Source: Alphaproteobacteria bacterium UBA1002 (GTDB lineage: Bacteria; Pseudomonadota; Alphaproteobacteria; Rickettsiales; UBA998). From it: a stretch of DNA of 52,135 nt. Position 1 is the stretch's first letter, and each line of letters starts with the position of its first letter. Below are positions 1-8,783 of the stretch, in pieces. The position numbers and the translations under genes were made by a program. The stretch lies in the NCBI GenBank assembly GCA_002291845.1, contig DBAU01000048.1, forward strand, positions 1 to 52,135, read 5' to 3'. The notes under the pieces were generated by a model that saw only the letters and a list, made by a program, of their open reading frames with translations, searched no databases and was not told the DNA's origin.

Positions 1-1870
1 TGGAACCGGCGGTGAGGCAAGCCAGAAGCGATATCGTCTGCGGCAGGATACGGGCATAGAAGAAGCGGGTCGTGGCGAGCTTTTCGCGGTAGAACTCCGG
101 CGATTCGCCCGGCGTATCCGCTAGGGCACCCCCACCCCAACCCTCCCCCGCCTGCGGGGGAGGGAGATGTCCATCGCCGCGCGAAGAAAACCCCTCCCCC
201 TGCATGCGGGGGGAGGACGGGAGGGGGGTGGCCCCCAGCCGCTGCAGAGCAATCTTCGCCTGTTGCGCCCAGATCCAGGCCATCACCACCAGCGCGAAGA
301 GGCGTAGATACTCCACCGAGGCAGCGGCGGCATCGTCGGGGTTGGCGAGCCCTTTCTGCGCGATCCATAGCGAGGCCTGGCGCAGATAGCCGACATGTTT
401 CTCCAGCGGCTTGATGAATTCCTGCATCTGCGGGTCGGCGGCATGATCGTCGATGAATTGCTGCACGGGATGGAAGAAACCGCGCAGGTATTTCCCATAT
501 TTGTGTGACAGCTTGCGGCCCACGAGATCGAGCGCCTGAATCCCGTTGGTGCCCTCGTAGATCTGCGCGATGCGGGCGTCGCGCGCATATTGCTCGATGC
601 CGTATTCGCGGATGTAGCCGTACCCGCCGAGGCACTGCATGGCGAGGTTCGCCGATTCGGTGCCCATATCGGTGAGGTAGGCCTTCACAATGGGCGTCAT
701 CAGCTGTACGAAATCGTCCGCCTCCTCGCGCACGGCCGCGTCTGGGTGGCGGTGGGCGAGGTCGTGTTTCATCGCGGTGAGCAGCACCAGCGCCCGCCCG
801 CCCTCGCAAAAGGCGCGGATGGTGAGCAGCATCCGCCGCACATCCGGATGCACGGTGATGGGGTCGGCGGGCTTTTCAGGATGTTTCGGGCCCTTCATGG
901 CGCGGCCCTGCAGGCGTTCATTGGCATAGGCCAGCGCGCCTTGATAAGCGGCTTCCGCAACGCCCAGCCCCTGCACGCCAACATAAATCCGCGCCGCGTT
1001 CATCATGGTGAACATGGCGGGTAGGCCGCGGTGCGGCTCACCGATCAGGTAGCCTTTCGCGCCGTCGTAATTCATCACGCAGGTGGAGGAGCCGTGGATG
1101 CCCATCTTGTGCTCGATAGAGGCGCATGTCACCGCGCCCCGCTCACCCAGCGAGCCATCCTCGTTTACCCAAACTTTCGGCACCAGAAACAGGCTAATGC
1201 CTTTGACGCCCTTGGGTGCATCCGGCAGCTTGGCGAGTACGAGGTGGAGGATGTTCTCGGTGAGGTCCTGCTCGCCGGAGGAGATAAAGATTTTCGTGCC
1301 CTCGATGGCGTAGGTACCATCATCGTTTGGCGTGGCCTTGGTGCGGATCAGGCCAAGGTCGGTGCCGCATTGCGGTTCGGTGAGGCACATGACGCCCGAC
1401 CATTCGCCCGAAATCAGCTTGGGCATGAAGCGGGGCTTCAGCGCCTCCGGGCAATATTTGGCCATCAGGTTATAGGCGCTATGCGAGAGGCCCGGGGTGA
1501 GGCCGAAGGAGAGATTGGCCGAGCAGATCATCTCGGTCACCGGCATATTGAGCACCTCAGGCAGGCCCTGTCCGCCGAAGTCCGGGTCGCAGGTGAAGGA
1601 CGGCCAGCCGCCCGCCACATACTGCGCGTAGGCCTCCTTGAAGCCCTTGGGCATGTACACGTTGCCATTCTCCCAGCGGCAGCCTTCCGCATCCCCGGAC
1701 TGGTTCAGCGGGAAGAGCACGTTCTCGCAAAGCTTGGCGCCTTCCTCGAGCAGCGGCGCAGCCAGCTCGGCGGCTTCGGTGAAGCCGGGAACATTCGTAT
1801 GGTCTCCCAGCCGGAGCCACTCGTTCAGCAGGAAGCGGAAATCATTCAACGGCGCGCGATAGGTGGGCAT
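1..1870 (-). CDS. acyl-CoA dehydrogenase, long FadE-like form (C-terminus runs off the left edge)
   Basis: It is absent from the ORF track because it has no in-window stop. The reverse strand from ATG 1870-1868 reads MPTYRAPLNDFRFLLNEWLRLGD ... KLISGEWSGVMCLTEPQCGTDLGLIRT ... YARDARIAQIYEGTNGIQALDLVGRKL ... FYREKLATTRFFYARILPQT. These are hallmark stretches of ~600-aa acyl-CoA dehydrogenases. Plus-strand ORFs 590-1897 are antisense shadows. Confidence 0.88.
   Translation of the reverse strand, partial: MPTYRAPLNDFRFLLNEWLRLGDHTNVPGFTEAAELAAPLLEEGAKLCENVLFPLNQSGDAEGCRWENGNVYMPKGFKEAYAQYVAGGWPSFTCDPDFGGQGLPEVLNMPVTEMICSANLSFGLTPGLSHSAYNLMAKYCPEALKPRFMPKLISGEWSGVMCLTEPQCGTDLGLIRTKATPNDDGTYAIEGTKIFISSGEQDLTENILHLVLAKLPDAPKGVKGISLFLVPKVWVNEDGSLGERGAVTCASIEHKMGIHGSSTCVMNYDGAKGYLIGEPHRGLPAMFTMMNAARIYVGVQGLGVAEAAYQGALAYANERLQGRAMKGPKHPEKPADPITVHPDVRRMLLTIRAFCEGGRALVLLTAMKHDLAHRHPDAAVREEADDFVQLMTPIVKAYLTDMGTESANLAMQCLGGYGYIREYGIEQYARDARIAQIYEGTNGIQALDLVGRKLSHKYGKYLRGFFHPVQQFIDDHAADPQMQEFIKPLEKHVGYLRQASLWIAQKGLANPDDAAAASVEYLRLFALVVMAWIWAQQAKIALQRLGATPLPSSPRMQGEGFSSRGDGHLPPPQAGEGWGGGALADTPGESPEFYREKLATTRFFYARILPQTISLLACLTAGS
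122..235. repeat. REP/MITE-like GC-rich double-hairpin element lying in frame inside the acyl-CoA dehydrogenase gene
   Basis: The element is 114 bp with two hairpins. One is CCCTCCCCC-gcctgc-GGGGGAGGG at 141-164. The other is CCTCCCCCTGC-at-GCGGGGGGAGG at 193-216. It is flanked by conserved dehydrogenase codons (..AKIALQRL | insert | ADTPGESPEFYREKL..). Confidence 0.7.
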
Positions 1871-2008
1871 AACAAAACCTCTTTGTCCCCAGCTTAAAGC
1901 GTCTTTCTTAAGATATGCTTATTTCATCGCGGAGCGAACGGGTGCTTTTCATAAAAATGTCATCAACGGAAGGTATGATCATAAAAAAATTTTAATGATC
2001 TCCCTATA

Positions 2009-3082
2009 ATGAAGAGCCTTATTTTACTTGAATTTCAACATCTTAAATTCTCGAAAGCGGTATCTGAATGGATAAGCCAGTGCCCCTATATGCATATAGC
2101 GGGTTGTACGCGTACGATGCTTCTGCTTACAGAGCAGGATGTTGCTAATCTGCCTGAAGAAGTAAAACAGCAGGCCATTTATTACAACGGGCAGCAGGCT
2201 TATGCCCGGCTTCTGGAATTTATTACTGGACTTCTCAGCCGTCATCGCGGGGAAAACCAGGTGGTTTCTCAATTCAAGGAGGCGTGGGAAGAGTTTGCGG
2301 TACGAATGCCGGATAAGGCTGCCCAGATGGACGCCATTTATCAATCCTTGCTTGCAGATAACGGGACGATTCGTAACCATGTGACCGCCGAACTGCGACC
2401 TGCTTTCTATGAGTGTACGGCGCACAAGCTTTCAGAAGCAAAACCAGGCGAAACGGTTATGGTCGTGGCGGGTGCGACGAAGCATGGTTTGCCGGCGCAG
2501 TCCACATGTCACCTTATTCACAAATTAGATAACCGCGCGAAACGTGCATCCTGTATTGTTGTTACTCATCCTGAGGAAGAAACACTGGAATCCCTATACC
2601 GTCACTTTCTCAAAGAGAAAATAGCAGGCAGGATTGTCTGTGACATTAAGAAGTTGCCCTTCCATGAGGCAACAGACAGTGCGGGGGCGCTGCATCGAAT
2701 CGACCGGGTTTTCGTCACTTTGCCGATGGGCAAATACAGAGATGCTGATGAGCGTCTGCGCACAGAGTGGAACCAGCGCGAGGCATTTGGTGGCAAGCTG
2801 GTGCATCTGGGTGGTACGGAGAAATACCAGCGCTCTTCCCCGAAAGAATGGCAAGGACTTGGTCTGGATCACTATGTTTCACCCGAGCGGATCATAGGCC
2901 AGCAGATGTTGGACCAGAACCGCAATGATGAAATCATTCAGCAGGGACGTCTGGCCTGTCAAAACTGCGCTTTCAGCCGTCTGCATGGCAAGAAGCCCAT
3001 TATCCGCAATCTGACCCTGCCGTCCCAGCAATATGGTGAACGCTCGGGGATCGGGGGCGGAGATCGCGTGATTGCTGCCTGA
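2009..3082 (+). CDS. glutamyl-tRNA reductase-like protein (divergent, orphan)
   Basis: 357-aa ORF in an AT-rich patch. AGCTRTMLLL resembles the GluTR catalytic-Cys motif STCNRTE, and RHRGENQVVSQFKEAW resembles GEPQILGQVKxAf. The Rossmann glycine motif is degenerate (VVAGATKHG). There is no obvious SD, so the start is uncertain. Confidence 0.5.
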   Translation: MKSLILLEFQHLKFSKAVSEWISQCPYMHIAGCTRTMLLLTEQDVANLPEEVKQQAIYYNGQQAYARLLEFITGLLSRHRGENQVVSQFKEAWEEFAVRMPDKAAQMDAIYQSLLADNGTIRNHVTAELRPAFYECTAHKLSEAKPGETVMVVAGATKHGLPAQSTCHLIHKLDNRAKRASCIVVTHPEEETLESLYRHFLKEKIAGRIVCDIKKLPFHEATDSAGALHRIDRVFVTLPMGKYRDADERLRTEWNQREAFGGKLVHLGGTEKYQRSSPKEWQGLGLDHYVSPERIIGQQMLDQNRNDEIIQQGRLACQNCAFSRLHGKKPIIRNLTLPSQQYGERSGIGGGDRVIAA

Positions 3083-3171
3083 GCCTTACTTCCCGCGCCG
3101 CGTCTGCTGGTGGGTATGCCACCACAGCGGGACGTAAGGTTTCTGCACGGTGGTCGGGGCGATGGGCTGGG

Positions 3172-4425
3172 TCATTCCAGAAACTCCTCAGGTAAGGGTA
3201 TGCGAGTAAAAGCAATTTTCGTGCCAGTGAAGCGGCTTGCGCTGCCCGGCACCAGCCCTTGCAGCACCGCGTCACGTCCGAAACGGGCGTTCAGGCGGTC
3301 CATGGCGAGGGAAAGCTGTTCCTGCTTCTCGCGCCAGCGCAGCGTGCGATCCTGCGCAGCAAACAGTGAGGCCGGGCGGGCTACGGAAAGGCCATGTAGC
3401 TGCACCGACACTTTCTTCAGCCGCGGCAGATCAGGCTGCTGCAGGCGCAGGCGTGACCATCCGGCGGTGAGCGCGCGCATCAGCGTCGCGTTGTCGCAGG
3501 CATGGGCGAACGTCACCGTCATGCCGATGCGCGGCCCGTGCTCGACGCGGGCGGCAATGTCCATCACGCTGGCATAGCGCCCGTAGCGGCGCAGGCGGCT
3601 GGCGGCCTTCAGCAGCAGGCGGCGGGTGACCAGTTCGGCCACATCGAATGGCCGCAGGGCGGGGTCGAGCACATGGCTATGCCCCACGACGCGCTTCTCC
3701 GGCGGCAGGTCCGGCAGTTCCTCGCCGCGCAGCTTATGCCACATGCGCTCCCCCTCGACGCTCCCCCAGGCGCGGCGTAATTCCCGCGGGGAGCGGGCCC
3801 ACAGATCGGCGATGGTGCCGATGCCCACGCGGCGCAGGCGGAATTCCATGTTTGGCCCAATGCCCGGTAATTCGCGGATGCTAAGGTGCCCCAGCCGCAC
3901 CGGGACATCCTCGGGGTACAATACCACCAGCCCATCCGGTTTTTTCAGATCGGTAGCGACCTTGGCGAGGAAGCGGTTGGTGGAGAGGCCGACAGAGGAT
4001 GTCAGGCACTCTCCCACCCGTTCGGCGATGCCCTGCTTGATGCGCTGGGCCAGCGCCACCGCCTCCGCCTCACCCCGCCGGGAGGGCGGCAGGGCGCAGG
4101 AGAGCTCGTCAATGGATTCTTCCTTGAGGATAGGAATATGCCGTCCGATTTCGGCGATCAGCCGGTCATGATAATCGAGGTATAGCCGGTGCCGCGCCAC
4201 CACGCAGGCCAGATGGCGGCATTTGGCGCGCGCCTCCCAGACGGGCGTGTTCGTCTTGATGCCCAGGCGCTTGGCTTCATAGCTGGCGGCGATGGCGCTG
4301 GTGTGATCGGAATCCAGCGGCACCACGATCACCGGCCGTCCGCGCAGATGCGGCTGTGCCTGCTGCTCCACGCTGGCGAAGTAGCTGTTGAAATCAAGAA
4401 ATAAGGTGGTGAGCGTTTGTTTCAT
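3172..4425 (-). CDS. Y-family DNA polymerase (DinB/Pol IV-like)
   Basis: Motifs seen: LFLDFNSYFASVEQ (DxD..FFASVE motif), SIDE, GLSTNRFLAKVATDLKKPDGL, LPGIGP. I start at MKQTLTTLFLDF (cat at 4423-4425) rather than the track's upstream 4581. Confidence 0.85.
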   Translation of the reverse strand: MKQTLTTLFLDFNSYFASVEQQAQPHLRGRPVIVVPLDSDHTSAIAASYEAKRLGIKTNTPVWEARAKCRHLACVVARHRLYLDYHDRLIAEIGRHIPILKEESIDELSCALPPSRRGEAEAVALAQRIKQGIAERVGECLTSSVGLSTNRFLAKVATDLKKPDGLVVLYPEDVPVRLGHLSIRELPGIGPNMEFRLRRVGIGTIADLWARSPRELRRAWGSVEGERMWHKLRGEELPDLPPEKRVVGHSHVLDPALRPFDVAELVTRRLLLKAASRLRRYGRYASVMDIAARVEHGPRIGMTVTFAHACDNATLMRALTAGWSRLRLQQPDLPRLKKVSVQLHGLSVARPASLFAAQDRTLRWREKQEQLSLAMDRLNARFGRDAVLQGLVPGSASRFTGTKIAFTRIPLPEEFLE

Positions 4426-4447
4426 GCGGCCAATATGAAAGCAAGCG

Positions 4448-4483
4448 TTCCTATTTAGGATAACGATAGGATAGCTTCCTATT
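4448..4483. promoter_or_regulatory. putative operator upstream of the Y-family polymerase (clustered TTCCTATT / TAGGATA repeats)
   Basis: TTCCTATT occurs at 4448-4455 and 4476-4483. TAGGATA occurs at 4457-4463 and 4467-4473. TCCTA and TAGGA are reverse complements. The cluster lies 23-58 bp upstream of the ATG at 4425. Confidence 0.3.
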
Positions 4484-4643
4484 CGCGACCTGTTTCCTCT
4501 GGTGGCACGTAAAGGAAACGCGTCATGGCGAGGAGGCCAATGCCGACGAAGCAATCCACCGCCGGAACGGATGGCCACCATCGCTATGACGATCTTCTAT
4601 GAAATTCGTGACGAAAGACAGACGATGGCTTACTGTGAGAACC

Positions 4644-5195
4644 ATGAAGAAATACTGGCAACCGCTGATCGAATTCGGGCCGCTGGCCGGATTTTTTCTC
4701 GCCTACAAGCTGGCAGGCCTGATGCCCGCGACGGCGGTGCTGATTGGCCTCACTCTGCTCGCGCTGATCGCGTCCTATTGGAGGGACCGGCGTCTGGCCG
4801 TCACGCCGCTGATTTCCGGCATCGCGGTCACCCTGTTTGGCGGACTCACCCTGTACCTGGATAGCGAGCTGTTCATCAAAATGAAGCCGACCCTGGTCAA
4901 CTGCCTGTTTGCCGCCATTCTGCTCGGCGGCTGGCTAACGGGGCGCGGGCTGCTCAAGCATGTGATGGGTATGGCACTGGCCCTTTCGCCGCGCGGCTGG
5001 CTGGTGCTGTCGCGTAATTACGGCTTGTTCTTCCTCTTCCTCGCTGCGCTGAACGAGGTGATCTGGCGTAGCTTTTCCACCGATTTTTGGGTCAACTTCA
5101 AAGTCTTCGGTATGTTCACCTGCATGATGCTCTTCTCCCTGACGCAGATGGTGGTGATGAAGCGGTATATGCAGGAGGAGTCTACGTCCGCATGA
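4644..5195 (+). CDS. yciB: intracellular septation protein A (YciB/IspZ family)
   Basis: MKKYWQPLIEFGPLAGFFLAYK... FIKMKPTLVNCLFAAILLGG; a multi-TM small protein typical of YciB. The start is taken at ATG 4644. Confidence 0.85.
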   Translation: MKKYWQPLIEFGPLAGFFLAYKLAGLMPATAVLIGLTLLALIASYWRDRRLAVTPLISGIAVTLFGGLTLYLDSELFIKMKPTLVNCLFAAILLGGWLTGRGLLKHVMGMALALSPRGWLVLSRNYGLFFLFLAALNEVIWRSFSTDFWVNFKVFGMFTCMMLFSLTQMVVMKRYMQEESTSA

Positions 5196-5551
5196 CGGTG
5201 CCTGTTTCCCTTGCGGCATTTCGTGCCCAGCGTGACTGGCGGGCTATGCAAAAGGATGTCAGAAAAGAATTTGCCTTTGTGCTTGGTGCAGCCATGGAGG
5301 TTTGGCGGACACATCATCCTTATCATGATGCGCACTATACCCAACCTGTGGTTACGGCACTTACTCTAACGCAGCGTGGAAACCCGCTCAGTGAGCGCCA
5401 ATTGAAAGACCTTCGTGATACGCTCCTGCACTGGCATCGCAAGGAAATCCAGCCATCTGTTGCGGACGCATTGAACCTATGCCTTGAAGCCCTGACGCAA
5501 AATGGTAAGCACCTGTTGGGGTATGGGAACGTGCAAAGTATCCCACGTTAG
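5192..5551 (+). CDS. hypothetical protein (119 aa)
   Basis: The ATG at 5192 overlaps the yciB stop (ATGA), which suggests coupling. No motif recognised. Confidence 0.45.
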   Translation: MTVPVSLAAFRAQRDWRAMQKDVRKEFAFVLGAAMEVWRTHHPYHDAHYTQPVVTALTLTQRGNPLSERQLKDLRDTLLHWHRKEIQPSVADALNLCLEALTQNGKHLLGYGNVQSIPR

Positions 5552-5554
5552 GAT

Positions 5555-6946
5555 CTAACGCTGCGGTTGCTGGCTTCCAGGGGAAACCCCGACCGCGCCT
5601 GTAGTGGGTGGTGGTGCAGGGGGAGAAGCAAATACGCTTGCCGCAGCAAGTACGCCCAATCGAGTAAGACTGCTTCCTGCCGCAAGTGCTTGGCTTAACA
5701 TGGAATCCTCAACTAGTCGCCCTTGACCCGTCAGGAGCCCGAATACGTTGGTTACAGGGCGTGAAATTTCCGTGACGACAAAGCCGCCCGGTACTTGTTC
5801 AATGGCGCTGTGCGCTGCTTCAGCCCAACGACGCTGACTGGCATGCATAACTACGCCCGCGGGCGAACTCATGAGCGCTGCCTGGCCAGCCTCTGTGGCA
5901 GCCTGAGCATGGGAGCTGCCCGAGGCAAGGCCCGCCGCCACACCCACGCCTCCTGCGATGACCACCCCCACTGCGCCTGAAACGTGGGCTCGGTTACGCC
6001 TTATTAATTCTGCAAGCCTTGCACGTCGTGCTGCCTCCGGATCAACCGGAGGGCGCGCCTGTGTCAGGGCTTGTTCATAGGATTCTGACGCTGTGGTGTA
6101 GCGAGATGCTTGGCCAGAGTTTGGACCAGAAAGCTGGGCAAAATCTCGAATGCTGCCATCTCTGTTCACCGGATGAGCCAATGTCCGTGCATGGTCATTC
6201 AAGTCGTGTAATGCACTTCCCTCGAGTGCCGTGCCACGTACGCGGTCTGTATGCTGGGTTGGGCGGCCCTCGGTATGCTCAGCCCCTGCAACAATACGAC
6301 GAGCGCCTTGTAGCTCGTGATATCTCGCGGCCTGCCGAAGATCGGCTTGGCTGAGATTATCAGGATTGGCGGGTTGGAATGACCGGCTCCGCTCGATGAG
6401 ATTGTCAATGAGTGCGGCAGAGGGTGAATTCGCTCTCCCGTCTGGAAGGCGACTTCTGGTTTCTTCCAGCGCACGGATTAAATCGCCACGGCGTTCGACA
6501 AAATCTTGTCCGCTTACAGGGCGCGATTGAGGGTTCTCAGGATGCGCGACACTGTCCCGCTGTATCCGCAAGTCCTCCACTAGCCGTTGCAGGTTTGTGC
6601 TTCTTGTGGCTTCGCGCCCACTACTCTGCATAAAAGTGCGACGCTGATCAGGTGGTAGTTCTCGATGATCTGGCTGGTTGCCCCGACGCCCTTCGCCGAG
6701 CAGAACGCTGGTTGCCTCTGCGATATCAAGCATACGCGCTAAATCGGCAGCTTGCGCAACGGCGCGTCGGTCTATTCGGTCTGGTAAAGCTTGTCCTGCA
6801 GCAGCCTCACGAAGTATTGCTCCTGTTTGTAGATCGTAACGCCCCTGACGAATCAGCTCGTGTCCGCGATAGTAGGTGGCATCATCGGTGTTAAGGACGG
6901 CCCTTCGGTGATTATCAGAAAGAGAGAAACCACCGCGCCCACTCAT
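5555..6946 (-). CDS. hypothetical protein (463 aa): charged, helical or disordered N-terminal region with a Gly/Ala-rich hydrophobic C-terminal region
   Basis: Long ORF with no competing frame. Its ATG overlaps the upstream stop (TAATG at 6944-6948). It has a VSGAVGVVIAGGVGVAAGLASGSS glycine-zipper-like segment. No family recognised. Confidence 0.6.
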   Translation of the reverse strand: MSGRGGFSLSDNHRRAVLNTDDATYYRGHELIRQGRYDLQTGAILREAAAGQALPDRIDRRAVAQAADLARMLDIAEATSVLLGEGRRGNQPDHRELPPDQRRTFMQSSGREATRSTNLQRLVEDLRIQRDSVAHPENPQSRPVSGQDFVERRGDLIRALEETRSRLPDGRANSPSAALIDNLIERSRSFQPANPDNLSQADLRQAARYHELQGARRIVAGAEHTEGRPTQHTDRVRGTALEGSALHDLNDHARTLAHPVNRDGSIRDFAQLSGPNSGQASRYTTASESYEQALTQARPPVDPEAARRARLAELIRRNRAHVSGAVGVVIAGGVGVAAGLASGSSHAQAATEAGQAALMSSPAGVVMHASQRRWAEAAHSAIEQVPGGFVVTEISRPVTNVFGLLTGQGRLVEDSMLSQALAAGSSLTRLGVLAAASVFASPPAPPPTTGAVGVSPGSQQPQR

Positions 6947-7449
6947 TAACGACCTCGCCCACCAAATTCATTACTACGCGGGCAGCTACTGCCCAACTCT
7001 AGACTGCCGCGTTGGATGCGTGCTGCGCGATAGGAATGCTCTGCCGGCGCTGCAATGGAAAGCGTAAATCGAGTGGAGGGAGTCTCTGTACCTGACGGGG
7101 GTGTATCATGTTCCCCCTCTGGTGAATTTGCAGCGACATGGTCCATCACATCGTGTTGCTGGAGTAGGGCTCGTATTTCATCCAGCAGGTCACCGCGTTG
7201 CTTATAATCCCTTTCCAGCCGATTGAAGCTCGCCTGATCTAGGTGGAGGATGATGGGTAAGGCGCCTGATTCCGTTTCTTCGGCAGGCAGAACTTCAAGC
7301 GCATGTAAGCCGTACTTCTCAGCGATCTTTTGCAAAGCGTCACGGTTAGCATTCAGCCGCGAAAGGGCCTCATGACACGCATTATCCTGAGGGGCTTGCC
7401 AGATTTTAACCCGAGGGGGAAACTTAGCGCTGTGCGGAAGGCTTTCCAT
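6946..7449 (-). CDS. hypothetical protein (167 aa)
   Basis: First gene of a two-gene minus-strand unit, translationally coupled to the 463-aa ORF. An AT-rich promoter region lies at 7450-7508. Confidence 0.5.
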   Translation of the reverse strand: MESLPHSAKFPPRVKIWQAPQDNACHEALSRLNANRDALQKIAEKYGLHALEVLPAEETESGALPIILHLDQASFNRLERDYKQRGDLLDEIRALLQQHDVMDHVAANSPEGEHDTPPSGTETPSTRFTLSIAAPAEHSYRAARIQRGSLELGSSCPRSNEFGGRGR

Positions 7450-7508
7450 ACCAATAGAATAGCATGGAAATTATTAGTACAATATTAACGTTTTTTTACA
7501 TTCGCCCC

Positions 7509-8783
7509 TTACGCCGCGCTGCTGCGGCCGATCGCGCGCCAGCCAATGTCGCGGCGGCAGAAGCCCTGTGGCCAGTCGATGGCATCCACGGCTTCGTAGG
7601 CGCGTTTTTGGGCGTCCGCCACGGTGGCGCCCAACGCGGTGACGCCAAGCACGCGGCCACCATGAGCGAGGATTTTCCCGTCTTCGGCGCGGGTGCCGGC
7701 GTGATAAACGGTCACGCCCTGCAGGGCGGAAGCGGCGGCGAGATTGCGGATTTCGCTGCCTTTTTCATACGTGCCGGGATAGCCCTTGGTGGCCATGACC
7801 ACGCACACGGCGGCGTCAGGCTTGAACCGTACAGGACGCTGGGGCAGCTTGCCTTCGGCCACGCGGAAGAGTAATTCCGCAAGGTCGTCATCGAGGCGGG
7901 CCATCAGCACCTGTGTTTCGGGATCACCGAAGCGGGCGTTGAACTCAATCAGTTTCGGCCCGTCGCGGGTGATCATCAGCCCGGCAAAAAGGACACCTTG
8001 GTAGGGGATGCCCTCCTTCGCCATGGCGCGCACGGTGGGCAGGATGATGGTGTCCATCACCTGCTGGCGCAGGGCCGCGGTGGCCACAGGGGCGGGGGAG
8101 TAGGTGCCCATGCCGCCGGTGTTGGGGCCCTTGTCGCCATCATAGGCGGCCTTATGGTCCTGCGCGGCGCCAAACTCGATGGCGGTAGTGCCATCACACA
8201 GGGCGAAGAAGCTGACCTCCTCGCCCTCCAAGAATTCCTCGATGACGATACTGGCCCCGGCTTCACCGAACATGCCGGAGAACATTTCGTCAATGGTGCG
8301 CTCTGCCTCGCCACGGCGAATACAGATCACCACGCCTTTGCCCGCGGCCAGGCCGTCCGCCTTAATCACGATCGGCATGGGCTGACGGGCGATGTATTCC
8401 TTGGCGGCGTCGGCATCGGTGAAACGTTGGTATTCTCCGGTCGGAATCCCGTATTTACGGCAGAGATCCTTGGTGAAACCCTTCGAGGCTTCCAGCTGTG
8501 CGGCTTCTTTCGACGGGCCAAACACGCGGATGCCCGCCGCACGCAGCGTATCGGTCACGCCATCCACCAGCGCCTGCTCTGGGCCGACCACGACGAGGTC
8601 GACCTTTTCCTTCTGTGCGAACGCCAGGATGCTGGCCGGATCGGGGAGGCGCAGGCATTCCACATCCTGCGCGATGCCGCCATTGCCATCGGCGCACCAC
8701 AGCTTCGTCACGCGGGGAGAGTTTAGGAGCGCTTTGACGATCGCGTGTTCTCTGCCGCCTGAGCCGATAACGAGGATGCGCAT
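7509..8783 (-). CDS. purD: phosphoribosylamine--glycine ligase
   Basis: MRILVIGSGGREHAIVKAL..., ATP-grasp motifs, ..GDPETQVLM... The start is at cat 8781-8783 (M37 of the track ORF). Confidence 0.95.
   Translation of the reverse strand: MRILVIGSGGREHAIVKALLNSPRVTKLWCADGNGGIAQDVECLRLPDPASILAFAQKEKVDLVVVGPEQALVDGVTDTLRAAGIRVFGPSKEAAQLEASKGFTKDLCRKYGIPTGEYQRFTDADAAKEYIARQPMPIVIKADGLAAGKGVVICIRRGEAERTIDEMFSGMFGEAGASIVIEEFLEGEEVSFFALCDGTTAIEFGAAQDHKAAYDGDKGPNTGGMGTYSPAPVATAALRQQVMDTIILPTVRAMAKEGIPYQGVLFAGLMITRDGPKLIEFNARFGDPETQVLMARLDDDLAELLFRVAEGKLPQRPVRFKPDAAVCVVMATKGYPGTYEKGSEIRNLAAASALQGVTVYHAGTRAEDGKILAHGGRVLGVTALGATVADAQKRAYEAVDAIDWPQGFCRRDIGWRAIGRSSAA

Noticed and set aside
590-1897. Plus-strand ORFs of 144 aa and 288 aa (plus several smaller ones) covering the first 1.9 kb.
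   Set aside because: They are antisense shadows of the GC-rich acyl-CoA dehydrogenase gene on the minus strand. Their translations are Arg/Gly/Ala/His-rich nonsense, while the minus frame gives textbook dehydrogenase motifs.
4426-4470. Alphaproteobacterial SOS (LexA) box upstream of the Y-family polymerase.
   Set aside because: The only near match is GTTC-N7-GGAT (4447-4461), and the second half-site does not fit GTTC. I report the repeat cluster as an unassigned operator instead.
7998-8726. 242-aa plus-strand ORF and other overlapping ORFs inside purD. Similar long ORFs lie antisense to xseA (9737-10252), the MCP gene (15182-15763), the FAD oxidoreductase (33471-34247) and the DUF3833 gene (38478-38984).
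   Set aside because: All lie opposite genes with strong family motifs and have the compositional look of high-GC antisense frames.
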